NCBI GenBank assembly: GCA_046538485.1
Contig: JBKHIT010000017.1
Location: 17,886-81,885 of the forward strand
Direction of reading: 5' to 3'
Source: Candidatus Brocadiia bacterium
Lineage (GTDB): Bacteria; Planctomycetota; Brocadiia; SM23-32
Length of the DNA: 64,000 bases
The translations under genes were made by a program, and so were the position numbers. This document shows, in pieces, positions 47,011 through 57,490 of the stretch. Each line of letters starts with the position of its first letter. Position 1 is the first letter of the stretch. The notes beneath the pieces were generated by a model. It was not told where the DNA came from and searched no databases. It worked only from the letters and a program-made list of their open reading frames with translations.

Positions 47011-49915
47011 CCGCCTCCGCATGCCGGGCCAGCAGACCGCGCAAATCGTGCCGGTATTCTTCCAGGATCGCCCGCCCCTGTCCCTCCCAATCTCCACACC
47101 GGAACAAAACTCTTGCCAGACAGATTTCCCGTAGCGCACCTTCCCGTCGGCGGCGAGAAACATCCTGGTTCTGCAGGGGCTCAATTCCGGTCATGGCGTG
47201 TCCGCTCATCCCCGGTTCGTCAAGCAATTTTGCCAGCGGTTGCGCCGCACGTGGATCCCTCACGGCTTCCAGCGCCAGAGCGACAGCTCGATGATGCGAC
47301 AGCGTCGTGTCAGCATCAAGCCCCCTCACCCGGTCCAAAATGGGGATCAACGCCCGCTCGTCCCCGCTCCTGCCGAGCGCCAGAATCAACGCATCAACCG
47401 GTGTCGGCAGGTGCGCATATTCCGCCATCCTCCCCTGCAAAATCTTTTCGTCCCAGTCTGTCCCTTCAAGAGCCTCGATGAGATCCGGCACACCGTCAGG
47501 AAAGCCGAAGATCCCGAGAGCCCGGGCGGACCGTAACCTCGCCTCGCCTTCTGTTCGCTCGAACCGCGATTTCAGGACCGGCACGGCCGCCGCCCGGTGC
47601 GTGAAGATAACGGCCAGAGCGCGGCACGCGGTTTCGTACTCTGAATCGGGATCCGTGTAGGTATGGACAGCGTCTTTCACCGCCTGCTCCGACAACGGGA
47701 AAGAATCCCCATCGGTCAGGACTGTCTCCGGCAACGCTCCCCTACCGATCAGATGCTGCTGGAGTTTTTCCACACCGATATCACGCGGCGCGAGGCAGTT
47801 TTGGACCGCCATCGCCGCCGCCCGTCCGGCCGCGTAACCCTGGTTGAGCAAATCCTTCTGCATCCGCATCAACGCCGACGCATCCCGATACATGCTGATC
47901 CCCAGACCGACACCGATCAGATTGTCGATTCCCCGTGGCAAAAGACATCGATACGGAGTGTATGCCTTCCCTCCCGGTGCAGGGTGATTGGCGGATCGGC
48001 TTTCCTCGGTATGAGGCAGCAGGGCAAAAAAACCCAGCGACGGATACCCGTGGGAATCGTAGTCGCTCTCGGAAAGCACAATGGAATCCGGATAAGTGCG
48101 TCCGACGATCTGATCGAGGTATGACAGCACGTGGTCCCCCATGAACCGGCGGCGCTCACGGGTCTGGAGCATCGGACTCAGGTCATAATCTGTATCCACC
48201 TCAAGCGCCATCACACGGCCGACCATTGCCCGGGTTACATCCACGACATCGGATTCATCCACGAGCAAATAGTCGGTATTGACGTAATCTCTGCCGGGGG
48301 GACGGAGGGCCAGCCCGGCACCCTGCATGGCAATGTCACCGGACGCGTCGCCGAACATCGTTTCGACCCCTGCGGCGGCGGCAATGTCGGCGTTTCCTGT
48401 CGCATCGATCACGCAGTCGGCCATCACAACGCCGCAGCCTCGCGGAGTTGCCACGGCCACGCCGGTAATACGATTTGCATCCATCCAGGCACCGAACGCC
48501 AGCACCCGTGTCCAGATTCGCCCGCCTCCATCCCGAATTTCACGGCGAAGCCACTCGGCCTTATCCTCGACGTTACATTCCGGGCCGGGGAAAGGTACTT
48601 CTTCGGCCAGCCCGATATCGAGCCCGTGGTACGCTCGCCCGATGAGCCCCACGGTACCCAGGCCGCCAGGTTCTTCCTGATATTCCAACACCAGCACGTC
48701 GCTCCCGGCCGGCAAAGCGCCGATGGCCGCAGCCGCTCCCGCTGTCCCGCCCCCGACTACAACCACTTCTGCTTCATCCAGAATTGGGAGCGAACTGGCC
48801 CGGCTGAGTATGGCACGCTCCGGCTCTCCAACTGGCCGGAAACCGTTCAATGATTCGGACAAATCCCCGGGAGCTTCACTTTCTTCCTTTCCCGGACCGC
48901 CGGCGTGCAACGCCCCCCTTTCGCTTGCCCGGGTATGGGTGGCCGATCCCCGCCCCACACGTCGGCCCAGTATCTCGGCCACGGTCGGTTCAAAGAGCCT
49001 TGCAGCGTTTGGTTCCGGCAAATCGGCACAGGGACCCAGCACGTAAAAACCTTCGGGGTGCGGGGGGCAGAACGGCCCAAGATCGTCCGATTCAAAGTCG
49101 TAATCACCGCCACCGCGCACACGACCGTTAATCCGAAACGGCGGGACATACAGCAGCGACTCACCCGATCTCAGCTGTCCCGGGCGATACGTCATATCGC
49201 GGGCGAGCTGATCAAGTTCCTGCCAGGAATCTTCCGAACCTTCCGGCCGCGTGAACGCCAGGTCGTACCGGTGATACTGGACGTGCTCACCATTGATCTC
49301 CAGCTCCGATGGGAAATCATGGTCCGGGGCGACGTCCGATTGTTCACTCCCACCCAGCACCACCTTCCGGGCGCTGAGTTTATCGGTTCCGCGGGGTATC
49401 AGTTCGACGCCGGCGCTGCGGGCAAGTGCAGCGTGTCGCGTAGCATCAATCACGGCCTTCGCCGCGACAGCCTGGCGTCCGGCGCGGTCCGCCAGAATCA
49501 TCCCCCCGACGGTCCGCTCCTCCGTCAAACAAATCCGGCACGGCAGACACCCGAGCACAAAATCCACGCCGGCCGAGACCAGTGCTTCGGCCAGCACTTT
49601 TTTGACCGCAAGAGGAGTCGTCAGGCTCGACTCTCCGAACATTCTTTCCACCAGCGGCCCGGTGCTGATTTCAGAGTTCTGGCTCCAGAGACGAAGCGTT
49701 CCGCAGATTTCCTCGCCAAGAAAGAGCCGCGGAGCGGCCAGGAAGACCGATGCGCCGTTCTCAGCTGCTTCGAGAGCCGCAGCTACTGCCCGTATGCTCC
49801 CGCCGGCAATTGCAACATCGACCGTCTTTTCCAGAGGGAAACTTCGGTTGCCCACCACAACACGGGGCCGTTTGCCAGCAGGTCGCTCGTTTGCAGCAGC
49901 ATCTGTTTTCATCAT
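46955..49915 (-). CDS. Large FAD-dependent oxidoreductase (two FAD-oxidoreductase domains plus HEAT-like C-terminus)
   Basis: DVAIAGG, VIDAT, VVVVGGGTAGAAAAI, VIDATGNAD, RERRR, TPYRCLLP, NQGYAAG; helical repeats at the C-terminus. Confidence 0.85.
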   Translation of the reverse strand: MMKTDAAANERPAGKRPRVVVGNRSFPLEKTVDVAIAGGSIRAVAAALEAAENGASVFLAAPRLFLGEEICGTLRLWSQNSEISTGPLVERMFGESSLTTPLAVKKVLAEALVSAGVDFVLGCLPCRICLTEERTVGGMILADRAGRQAVAAKAVIDATRHAALARSAGVELIPRGTDKLSARKVVLGGSEQSDVAPDHDFPSELEINGEHVQYHRYDLAFTRPEGSEDSWQELDQLARDMTYRPGQLRSGESLLYVPPFRINGRVRGGGDYDFESDDLGPFCPPHPEGFYVLGPCADLPEPNAARLFEPTVAEILGRRVGRGSATHTRASERGALHAGGPGKEESEAPGDLSESLNGFRPVGEPERAILSRASSLPILDEAEVVVVGGGTAGAAAAIGALPAGSDVLVLEYQEEPGGLGTVGLIGRAYHGLDIGLAEEVPFPGPECNVEDKAEWLRREIRDGGGRIWTRVLAFGAWMDANRITGVAVATPRGCGVVMADCVIDATGNADIAAAAGVETMFGDASGDIAMQGAGLALRPPGRDYVNTDYLLVDESDVVDVTRAMVGRVMALEVDTDYDLSPMLQTRERRRFMGDHVLSYLDQIVGRTYPDSIVLSESDYDSHGYPSLGFFALLPHTEESRSANHPAPGGKAYTPYRCLLPRGIDNLIGVGLGISMYRDASALMRMQKDLLNQGYAAGRAAAMAVQNCLAPRDIGVEKLQQHLIGRGALPETVLTDGDSFPLSEQAVKDAVHTYTDPDSEYETACRALAVIFTHRAAAVPVLKSRFERTEGEARLRSARALGIFGFPDGVPDLIEALEGTDWDEKILQGRMAEYAHLPTPVDALILALGRSGDERALIPILDRVRGLDADTTLSHHRAVALALEAVRDPRAAQPLAKLLDEPGMSGHAMTGIEPLQNQDVSRRRREGALREICLARVLFRCGDWEGQGRAILEEYRHDLRGLLARHAEAVLEPVIRLTRVGEQTEHA

Positions 49916-50012
49916 CTTCTTCTCACACAGGAGGGGTTCAGTGGCACGTTCTGGACTCGTACAGCAGGGCTTCCCGGGACTCTTTTTCGGCGACCGGACA
50001 CGCGCTCAAGCG

Positions 50013-50053
50013 GAACGGGCGTCTTGACGCCCCGTTCAAACTGCTTTTATAAT
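50013..50053 (+). promoter_or_regulatory. Promoter for the hypothetical-der operon, with an overlapping inverted repeat
   Basis: TTGACG (50024-50029), 18 bp, TATAAT (50048-50053); GAACGGGCGTC-TT-GACGCCCCGTTC spans the -35. Confidence 0.55.
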
Positions 50054-50088
50054 CCGTATGAGGGATTCGTTTCAAATGAGGTCAACCA

Positions 50089-50520
50089 ATGGAAAAATCA
50101 GACGAGCTACCTGGTTTCCGCAAAAAACGCAAAGTCTTGTTCGGTGAAAAATCAACCGATGAAGACCTGCGCGAAATGGGGCGGCAGTTCATGGAAGCCG
50201 AGCATTACGACGATGCTCTGGAGTTTTTTGCCCGGACGGAAGCCGAGGGAGATGTGAGAAAGATTGCCTCGCGGGCGATGGAAAAGGGCAATACGCCTTT
50301 GTTCCTGCGGGCAAAAGTAGTACTGGACGAACAACTCACCGAGGAAGAACTGGAAAAACTCGCCGCAAACGCTGAGCAAGCCGAACAAATATCCTCAGCA
50401 TACGTCGCACACCTCAAAGCCAGCAACAATGCCGAACTCGAAAAACTGAGCGAAAAACTCCCCGGGCGCCACCTGCCGGGGACTTCGGAGGAGAAAGAGG
50501 ACGAAGAATCGGAGCAATAA
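50089..50520 (+). CDS. Hypothetical helical protein
   Basis: GAGG RBS; 143 aa helical, TPR-like pattern; directly upstream of der. Confidence 0.7.
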   Translation: MEKSDELPGFRKKRKVLFGEKSTDEDLREMGRQFMEAEHYDDALEFFARTEAEGDVRKIASRAMEKGNTPLFLRAKVVLDEQLTEEELEKLAANAEQAEQISSAYVAHLKASNNAELEKLSEKLPGRHLPGTSEEKEDEESEQ

Positions 50521-50559
50521 GGGCGGCTTGCGCGAGTTTCTCTCAATTCTGCCAACACT

Positions 50560-51903
50560 ATGATCCCATCAGTTGCAATCGTCGGACGTGCCAATGTGGG
50601 CAAATCATCGCTGTTCAATGCCCTCTGCGGAACACGTGTGGCTATCGTCGATTCGAAGCCCGGCATCACACGGGATCGTGTGGCTCGCGAGGTGAATATC
50701 GATGGCCGGCGCGTTGAGATCGTCGATACCGGCGGAGTCGGCATGGAAAGTGCCGAGGAAATCGCGGCAGATGTCGAACTTCAGATTGAAATCGCTATCA
50801 CACGCGCGGACCTGATTATTTTCCTGGTTGACGCCAAGCACGGTATCCACCCGATGGACAAACAAATTGGGCGTCGATTGCGGCAAGCCGGACAGAGCGT
50901 TCTGCTCGTAGCCAACAAAACCGACGTGCAGAACGCTGAGCCGAAAATCCTGGAGTTCTATGAACTCGGTTTCGGAGAGCCCCTGAGAGTGGCCGCCACA
51001 CAGCGTAAAGGGATGTCGGAACTGGAACAAGAGATCCTCCAGAAACTTCCTCCGTCGGAGAAACAACACGAGAGTTCAGAAGCACTGAAGATTGCTTTTA
51101 CCGGCCGGCGCAACGCCGGGAAAAGTACCATGATCAACTTCCTGGCCAACGAACCCCGCGTCGTTGTCAGTGAGATGCCCGGCACAACGCGCGACAGTGT
51201 CGATGTGAAATTTCAGCTGGAAGACGAAAGCGGCATCACCGAGTTTGTTGCCATTGATACGGCCGGAATCCGCAAGCGGAAACAGATATCCGAGTCGGTC
51301 GATTATTACAGCCAGGTCCGAACCAAACGCGCCATAGGCCGGGCCGATGTCGTCGTTCTCGTGATCGATTCAACCGTCGAGATCGGACGCGTCGACAAAC
51401 AACTGGCCGATGAGATCACCTCGCAGCATAAGCCGGTTGTCGTGGCACTCAACAAAGCGGATTTAATCCCTGAAGATACCGAGGACGAAGCGTTCGTCGA
51501 ATACGTCTGGCAGAGTTTGGCGGGAATTCGATTTGCGCCACTCGTCCTGATCAGCGCACTCACCGGCGAAAATGTGGTCCCCATGCTGCGCATCGTCCAG
51601 CATCTCCACGAGGAAGCGGGATTCCGGGTCCAGACCAGCGAACTGAACGATATCATGGAAGAAGTCACCGGGCGTAAATCCCCACCGTCAAAACGAAGTG
51701 GTCATGGCAAAATTTTCTATGCCACACAGGTCGAGACCCACCCCCCTACAATCGTTCTGTTTGTCAACGACGCCGCCAGGATTACCGGGCCCTACGAGAG
51801 ATACCTGGCCGGCCAACTGCGGGACCATCTGCCGTACGGCGATATTCCGATAAAATTTCTCATTCGCCGACGGGAAAAAAGCGTCGAATCAGAGACACAT
51901 TGA
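50560..51903 (+). CDS. der: Ribosome biogenesis GTPase Der
   Basis: Two G domains (GRANVGKS/DTGG/NKTD and GRRNAGKS/DTAG/NKAD) and a KH-like C-terminus. Confidence 0.97.
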   Translation: MIPSVAIVGRANVGKSSLFNALCGTRVAIVDSKPGITRDRVAREVNIDGRRVEIVDTGGVGMESAEEIAADVELQIEIAITRADLIIFLVDAKHGIHPMDKQIGRRLRQAGQSVLLVANKTDVQNAEPKILEFYELGFGEPLRVAATQRKGMSELEQEILQKLPPSEKQHESSEALKIAFTGRRNAGKSTMINFLANEPRVVVSEMPGTTRDSVDVKFQLEDESGITEFVAIDTAGIRKRKQISESVDYYSQVRTKRAIGRADVVVLVIDSTVEIGRVDKQLADEITSQHKPVVVALNKADLIPEDTEDEAFVEYVWQSLAGIRFAPLVLISALTGENVVPMLRIVQHLHEEAGFRVQTSELNDIMEEVTGRKSPPSKRSGHGKIFYATQVETHPPTIVLFVNDAARITGPYERYLAGQLRDHLPYGDIPIKFLIRRREKSVESETH

Positions 51904-52107
51904 TAGATGCCGGCAATCTTTGAGAATCTGATAAGCCCTCGCTCTGAGCCTCACTCTGCTTGCTAATGATCGCAGGAAAACCCACCGCCTGCCTCGCGTG
52001 AGCAGGATACGCCCCCGCGCCGGCCGTCCTTTTGCACTACTGACAGCCAACTCGCCGAGAGCTACCACTGACCTCGGTACTTCGTTTAGCCTTCTGTCCT
52101 GCCGTGA

Positions 52108-52171
52108 GCCCGCGGAACGGGCGTGGCAGACGTCACCCGGGGCCACACTCTGAGTGCCCCCATTCGGGGGC
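52108..52171 (+). repeat. REP-like element Z (copy)
   Basis: GCCCG-CGGAA-CGGGC ... CGTCACCCGGGG ... GCCCCC-ATTC-GGGGGC. Confidence 0.55.
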
Positions 52172-52276
52172 TTCTGGATCTCTGCATCCAAGAGATTTGC
52201 GATTTGCATTTCAGTCTCTCACAATACGCGTTCTGGCGTCGCACAACTCAAAAAAACCAATTAGCAGAACAAACCC

Positions 52277-55129
52277 ATGAGCGTTGATCTCGAAAACACA
52301 ACCTCTAAACCCCCGGCCTCCGCAGAACCCCCGGACGATCTCTGGATTCGGGTTCATGGGGCGCGAACGCACAATCTTAAAGATATCGACGTGCGGTTGC
52401 CCCGCGATCAATTTGTCGTCATCACCGGCGTCAGCGGCAGCGGCAAATCGTCCCTCGCGTTTGATTCTCTCTACGCCGAAGGTCAGCGACGCTACATCGA
52501 GAGTCTTTCCAGCTACGCTCGCCAGTTTCTCGAACAGATGCCGCGCCCCGATTGCGATCGCATCACCGGTCTGCCTCCTACGGTCGCAATCGAACAACAA
52601 CCCGAAGGCGGCGGCCCGAATTCAACCGTTGCCACAACGACAGAAATCTACGATTTCCTGCGCCTTCTGTTCGCCCGGGTCGGCACACCCCATTGTCCCC
52701 GCTGCGGCGCCGAAATTGAGCATCAAACCCTCGAACAAATCGTTGGTTTCCTCAGCAACCTACCCGACGGCACACGCCTCACCCTCCTCGCACCGGTCGT
52801 CCACGGGCGAAAAGGACATTACCGGGAGCTGTTTGAACGAATACGCAGCGAAGGATACGTCCGCGCCCGCATTGACGGCAACATCCGCGATCTTGACGAA
52901 GTCGATCGCCTGCAACGTTACAAAACCCACGATATCGATGTCGTCGTCGACCGCGTTGTCATCAGCGGCAAATCACAGACCGGTGCCTCGGCGCGACTCA
53001 GTGACAGCGTCCAGACAGCCCTCAACCTCGGCGAAGGCGTCTGTGTTGCTCTCAAAGAAGATGGAGACGAATTCCTTTTCAACCGCAAATTCGCCTGCAC
53101 AGAGTGCGATCTGGGCATTGAAGAACCGAATCCCAAGATGTTCTCCTTCAACAGCCCCTACGGACGATGCGAGGAATGCAAAGGACGCGGCACCGTGGAC
53201 CATTTCGACCCCGATCTCATCGTCCCAAACCCGTCGCTCAGCATCGACGACGGCGCCATCGAACCCCTGGACAAATGGGGCGGTCGCGCGGGTAAAAGCC
53301 TGAAAAAAGAGGTCATGGACCTGGTCGCTGAACTGAACGTGAACACGGTCACAGCGTTCGAGAAACTGCCGGAGAAAGATCGCCGGGCCCTCATCGAGGG
53401 AGAAGAACTGCCGGAGGAGGCGGCCGAAAAACAGGCCGTCATCCCCGCCTTGCGGCGGCTCCGGAACTCCACCGATTCTTCCCGCACCCGCCGAAAACTC
53501 GCCCGGTACATAAGCCCCGTGCCGTGTCCTGCGTGCGAAGGGGCGAGACTTCGACCGGCCGCCCTCGCGGTGACAATCGACGGGAAAAACATCCATGACG
53601 TCACCCGCCTGGCTATCAGCGAGACGGTTCAATTTTTCGATTCGGTCTCCTTTCCCGGAACAAAAACCCGCATCGCAGAACCCATCTTGAAAGAGATACG
53701 GGAACGACTCGGTTTCCTGCTCGATGTGGGGCTCCATTATCTGACGCTCGAGCGGCTGACAAACTCCCTGAGCACCGGCGAATCGCAACGGACCCGGCTC
53801 GCAACGCAGATTGGCAGCGGCCTGACAGGCGTGTGCTATATCCTCGATGAACCGTCTATCGGCCTCCATCCGCGCGACCACGAACGCCTTCTCGGAGCCC
53901 TCGAAAGCCTGTGTCAGGCCGGAAATACCGTCCTGGTGGTCGAACACGACGAAGAAACCATACGGCGGGCGGACTGGGTCCTTGATCTCGGCCCTGGAGC
54001 CGGGAGTCAGGGAGGAGATATCGTTTTTAACGGCCCCTTCGCCGACATGCTCGAGTGCGAATCAAGCCTGACAGCGCGGTACCTGAAAGGCGAGAAGAGC
54101 ATCCCGGTCCCGGAAAGACGCCGCGCTCCCGAAGACAGGGGCAAACTCCTCGTCCGGAAGGCGTCTGAACACAACCTGAAACAGATCGATGTTGCCTTCC
54201 CCCTCGGACGTTTCATCTGCGTCACGGGGGTCAGCGGAAGCGGAAAAAGCACACTTGTGAATGAGATACTCGTGCGTTCCCTCGCCCGCGAGATCAACAA
54301 CAGTCCCGACGTCCCCGGGCGCCACAAAACCATCGAAGGCATCGAGCACATCGATAAAGTCCTGGAAATCGACCAGAAACCCGTCGGTCGGACCCCCCGT
54401 TCCTGCCCCGCCACTTACACAAAAGTCTTCGATCACATCCGCAAAGTTTTCGCCGGAACGAAACAGTCCCAGGTGCGCGGGTACGATCGAGGGCGGTTCT
54501 CCTTCAACACATCCGGCGGACGATGCGAAGTCTGCAACGGGATGGGACAGAAGAAAGTCGAGATGAACCTTCTGCCCGACATGCGCGTGGAATGCGAGTC
54601 ATGCCACGGGCGGCGCTACAACGAGGAAACACTTCAGATAACGGTGCGTGGACGCAACATCGCGGACGTGCTGGAGATGACGGTGGAAGAAGCATTCGAT
54701 TTTTTCGTCAACTACCCCCCCATCGAACGTCGTCTGCGCACAATGCGGGACGTGGGAATCGGGTATCTTAAACTCGGGCAACCCAGCACAACATTGAGCG
54801 GCGGGGAAGCGCAACGCATCAAACTCGCTCGGGAGTTGGGGAAAGTGGCCACCGGCAACACTCTCTACGCCCTCGATGAACCCACAACCGGGCTTCATTT
54901 CGAGGATGTCGGAAAACTGCTCAACACCCTTCACAGCCTGGCCGACATGGGCAATACCATCATCGTCATCGAGCACAACCTGGAGGTCATCAAGAACGCC
55001 GACTACGTCATCGATCTGGGCCCCGAAGGCGGCCGGGGCGGAGGAACCGTGGTTGCTGCCGGGGCCCCGGAAGAGATCCGCGACTGCGAAGACTCTTACA
55101 CGGGTCAGGCGCTGAAAAGAGTCTTGTAG
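52277..55129 (+). CDS. uvrA: Excinuclease ABC subunit A
   Basis: GARTHNLK, two GVSGSGKS Walker A motifs, EGQRRY, zinc fingers, LSTGE/LSGGE signatures, DEPTTGLH, DLGPEGG. Confidence 0.98.
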   Translation: MSVDLENTTSKPPASAEPPDDLWIRVHGARTHNLKDIDVRLPRDQFVVITGVSGSGKSSLAFDSLYAEGQRRYIESLSSYARQFLEQMPRPDCDRITGLPPTVAIEQQPEGGGPNSTVATTTEIYDFLRLLFARVGTPHCPRCGAEIEHQTLEQIVGFLSNLPDGTRLTLLAPVVHGRKGHYRELFERIRSEGYVRARIDGNIRDLDEVDRLQRYKTHDIDVVVDRVVISGKSQTGASARLSDSVQTALNLGEGVCVALKEDGDEFLFNRKFACTECDLGIEEPNPKMFSFNSPYGRCEECKGRGTVDHFDPDLIVPNPSLSIDDGAIEPLDKWGGRAGKSLKKEVMDLVAELNVNTVTAFEKLPEKDRRALIEGEELPEEAAEKQAVIPALRRLRNSTDSSRTRRKLARYISPVPCPACEGARLRPAALAVTIDGKNIHDVTRLAISETVQFFDSVSFPGTKTRIAEPILKEIRERLGFLLDVGLHYLTLERLTNSLSTGESQRTRLATQIGSGLTGVCYILDEPSIGLHPRDHERLLGALESLCQAGNTVLVVEHDEETIRRADWVLDLGPGAGSQGGDIVFNGPFADMLECESSLTARYLKGEKSIPVPERRRAPEDRGKLLVRKASEHNLKQIDVAFPLGRFICVTGVSGSGKSTLVNEILVRSLAREINNSPDVPGRHKTIEGIEHIDKVLEIDQKPVGRTPRSCPATYTKVFDHIRKVFAGTKQSQVRGYDRGRFSFNTSGGRCEVCNGMGQKKVEMNLLPDMRVECESCHGRRYNEETLQITVRGRNIADVLEMTVEEAFDFFVNYPPIERRLRTMRDVGIGYLKLGQPSTTLSGGEAQRIKLARELGKVATGNTLYALDEPTTGLHFEDVGKLLNTLHSLADMGNTIIVIEHNLEVIKNADYVIDLGPEGGRGGGTVVAAGAPEEIRDCEDSYTGQALKRVL

Positions 55130-55235
55130 GCTTTCGGGGACGTGTGCGGCCCAGGGGAACCTTGATACCAACCGGTTTCTGGCAAAATATCGTGTCGTTG
55201 CCCCCGTATCTCGCCCCTTTTGCCTGACAGATGGA

Positions 55236-55436
55236 GCGGACTGGGCTTCAGAACCGCTCCTGCGGGGCTGGAGTTCAGAACCCGGTGCAATTTGGTCGGA
55301 TTTCGGTGCGCACCGGCATTTTCCAAACATTGCCCGCCTCAAGTCCCCCTTCGCCCGCCAGCGGGCTCAGCTGAACTCGAGTCTCAATCCCCGCGAGCGG
55401 ACTGGACTTCAGCCGAAGGCTGGAGTTCAGAACGCG
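55236..55436 (-). repeat. Dispersed element X, palindromic core (inverted copy)
   Basis: Reverse complement CGCGTTCTGAACTCCAGCCTTCGGCTGAAGTCCAGTCCGCTCGCGGGGATTGAGACTCGAGTTCAGCTGAGCCCGC... matches 37620-37729 and 63747-63899. Confidence 0.9.
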
Positions 55437-55490
55437 GTCCATAAACCAACAGGTGGCCCAGCAAACGGCGATAGAGCCGAACAACAAACG

Positions 55491-55519
55491 GCAGGTCCGG
55501 CTCGGCGATCCGGACCTAC
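55491..55519 (-). repeat. GTAG-type REP-like palindrome
   Basis: Minus strand GTAGGTCCGG-ATCGCCGAG-CCGGACCTGC. Confidence 0.55.
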
Positions 55520-55890
55520 AGCTCTCGGCCTTTTTCGGAAACTCGCCACTGTTCTCGGTCTTTGGAATCTTCACGTATCCGCGGTGCCATGTAAATGTAG
55601 GGCAACCGATTTCATTTTGCGAAGATGAAATCGATAGAGCAGAAGAAAGTAGAGAGTCGAGAGGAGATACAGCAAAATGAGAAGCTTCCACAATATAAGA
55701 TGCTCAATAAAGCGGTCTCCCCTGTCGTCTCTTTTCGACATTCTCCTTTCCCGTCCAGAGAATCGCCGAGCGCGCCCTGCCGTTCTGCGGAAAAACATGG
55801 CCAACAAGCCGTTCTACCCCGGAGCTTGCGCGCCAAACGTTGGCGCGACTGCGCACAGCCCGCTTCATGGACATTCCCATGTTGAGTTGA

Positions 55891-55954
55891 GCCCCCGACA
55901 GGGGCGATCGCAGACATAACCCGGGGTGCGCCCGTTGTTCGGGCAAGCCCCGGG
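55891..55954 (-). repeat. REP-like element Z (inverted copy)
   Basis: Minus strand CCCGGGG...GCCCG-AACAA-CGGGC-GCACCCCGGG...GCCCC-TGTCG-GGGGC. Confidence 0.55.
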
Positions 55955-56087
55955 ACTCGGACACGCCACGTAATTTCCAAACGCAGAAGGGCCTACAATC
56001 CTTGCGAGAGTCCCTGATTAAGCTGTATGGTAAAGTTCGGCGAGGGTAGGGTAATGCCAAACATGAAATACGTGAGGAGACTATATT

Positions 56088-57287
56088 ATGAGGCGGGATG
56101 ATAAGTTGCTGTGGTTGATGAGCGCGTTTGCTCTTGCAATTTTCCTGGCGGGCTCTCCCGCCCGGGGGGAATGGAAAGAGAAGATCGTCATATATAGGTA
56201 TTCGGAACGTTATCCGAAACGCCCGCCCGAGGGCACGCCCAGCCGGGCCGTCTGGAAGCTTATGAAGACTGCCGAAAAAGGTGAAAAAAAGACTTTCTGT
56301 TCACTGTTTCACAACATATCGAACCAGCAATGCGATGAGTTATTCGAGCTCTGGGGTTCAAGAATGTCGGACGAGGAACTGGTGGATTTTATGGCCGTTG
56401 CTCGGAGGGGCAAGAAGGAAGCGTGTGTGATCTTAACTCTCTGGTGGTCCGAAGGCGCGGATAATCGGAAGGGTTCTAATTTTACCGGGGTTTTGTATTT
56501 ACGTAAACATGCAAAAGCATGGAAGATCCACGTCGAGAAGCTGGATGAAGAGACAGAAACTTATCTTCAGAAAGCGCTTTCGCAGGAGGTGTGGGAAAAG
56601 CGGCATAGCAAACGGCTCGATAAGAATGCTCATGAGACGTTGCGTGAATTGTCAGAGAAGGATACCAAGAAGGGAATGAAGTATATGCGCGAGGCGTTGG
56701 GCAAGGAGGAGTTTGAGAAATGGCAAAAGTGGAAAAAATTTAAAAAGGAAATGGAGAAGCAGGGCAAACGGATTCCCGACAGTTTTAAAGAAATGTTGAA
56801 GATATACAATGCGACGTTGTACAGCCCTCCTTTAACTTTCAGCGTGGAAGATAAACCAGAAAGTTCCAAAAAGACCGGCTGGAAATACGGGTTTCGCAAT
56901 GCCCTGTTTAAACAATGGAAGAAGCACGGTCTGGCAAGGTGTGGCGGGAAGGGGGATATACAGGTTCTGGCAACACTGGAGAGGGTGGTGAAAGGCAAGA
57001 AAATTCTTTTTGTGTTTTGCAACGGGGTAAATTTTAAATATTTCGGCGAAAAACGGTTTATTACGGCGGCGTTCCCGATGGAAAAACAGAAAGATGGAAC
57101 CTGGAAACTGGAACGGGAGTATCTCAGGTATCCTGGGATAAGCCCGTACATATGGAGCGCGTCGGGGCGGATCACTTACACTCGCAAAGCATACAAAAGA
57201 AGCGTCGTCGAAGAGGTTCTTGGCACCACCAATTTACCCGCCCCGTTTGATCGTCTGTACAAACTCTCCGAGTGCAAGGAGTTTTGA
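56088..57287 (+). CDS. Secreted Lys-rich hypothetical protein
   Basis: GAGGAG RBS; signal peptide ending SPARG; visibly more A-rich than the flanking core genes; no family recognised. Confidence 0.75.
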   Translation: MRRDDKLLWLMSAFALAIFLAGSPARGEWKEKIVIYRYSERYPKRPPEGTPSRAVWKLMKTAEKGEKKTFCSLFHNISNQQCDELFELWGSRMSDEELVDFMAVARRGKKEACVILTLWWSEGADNRKGSNFTGVLYLRKHAKAWKIHVEKLDEETETYLQKALSQEVWEKRHSKRLDKNAHETLRELSEKDTKKGMKYMREALGKEEFEKWQKWKKFKKEMEKQGKRIPDSFKEMLKIYNATLYSPPLTFSVEDKPESSKKTGWKYGFRNALFKQWKKHGLARCGGKGDIQVLATLERVVKGKKILFVFCNGVNFKYFGEKRFITAAFPMEKQKDGTWKLEREYLRYPGISPYIWSASGRITYTRKAYKRSVVEEVLGTTNLPAPFDRLYKLSECKEF

Positions 57288-57490
57288 CGCAAGGCGAAAT
57301 AGCTTAGGGGTGGGATATCCTGTTTTGTTCTATAGAACCCGCTAACGCGCTTCTATGGTTTTTCGGGTGGCAAGAAAGCCCTTTATTTTCAACGCTCCAG
57401 GTGCTTCCTCGGAGAAGGTCTGCCTTTGGGTTTCGATGGGCAAATGGGTTGGCGCAGCAGAACCGCGTGGCCGGGGGGCTTTTTGTCTTG

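Noticed and set aside
46644..47294. 216-aa ORF as an intact protein
   Set aside because: Only the first ~120 codons are sulfatase-like; the rest is antisense oxidoreductase sequence
48905..50257. 450-aa plus-strand ORF
   Set aside because: Antisense to the FAD oxidoreductase; composition not protein-like
53755..53790. LSTGE in place of LSGGE in the first UvrA ABC signature
   Set aside because: A single substitution with all other UvrA motifs intact; not enough to claim altered function
55622..55685. Purine-rich AGAG-type quasi-repeat
   Set aside because: Too short and irregular to define a repeat unit
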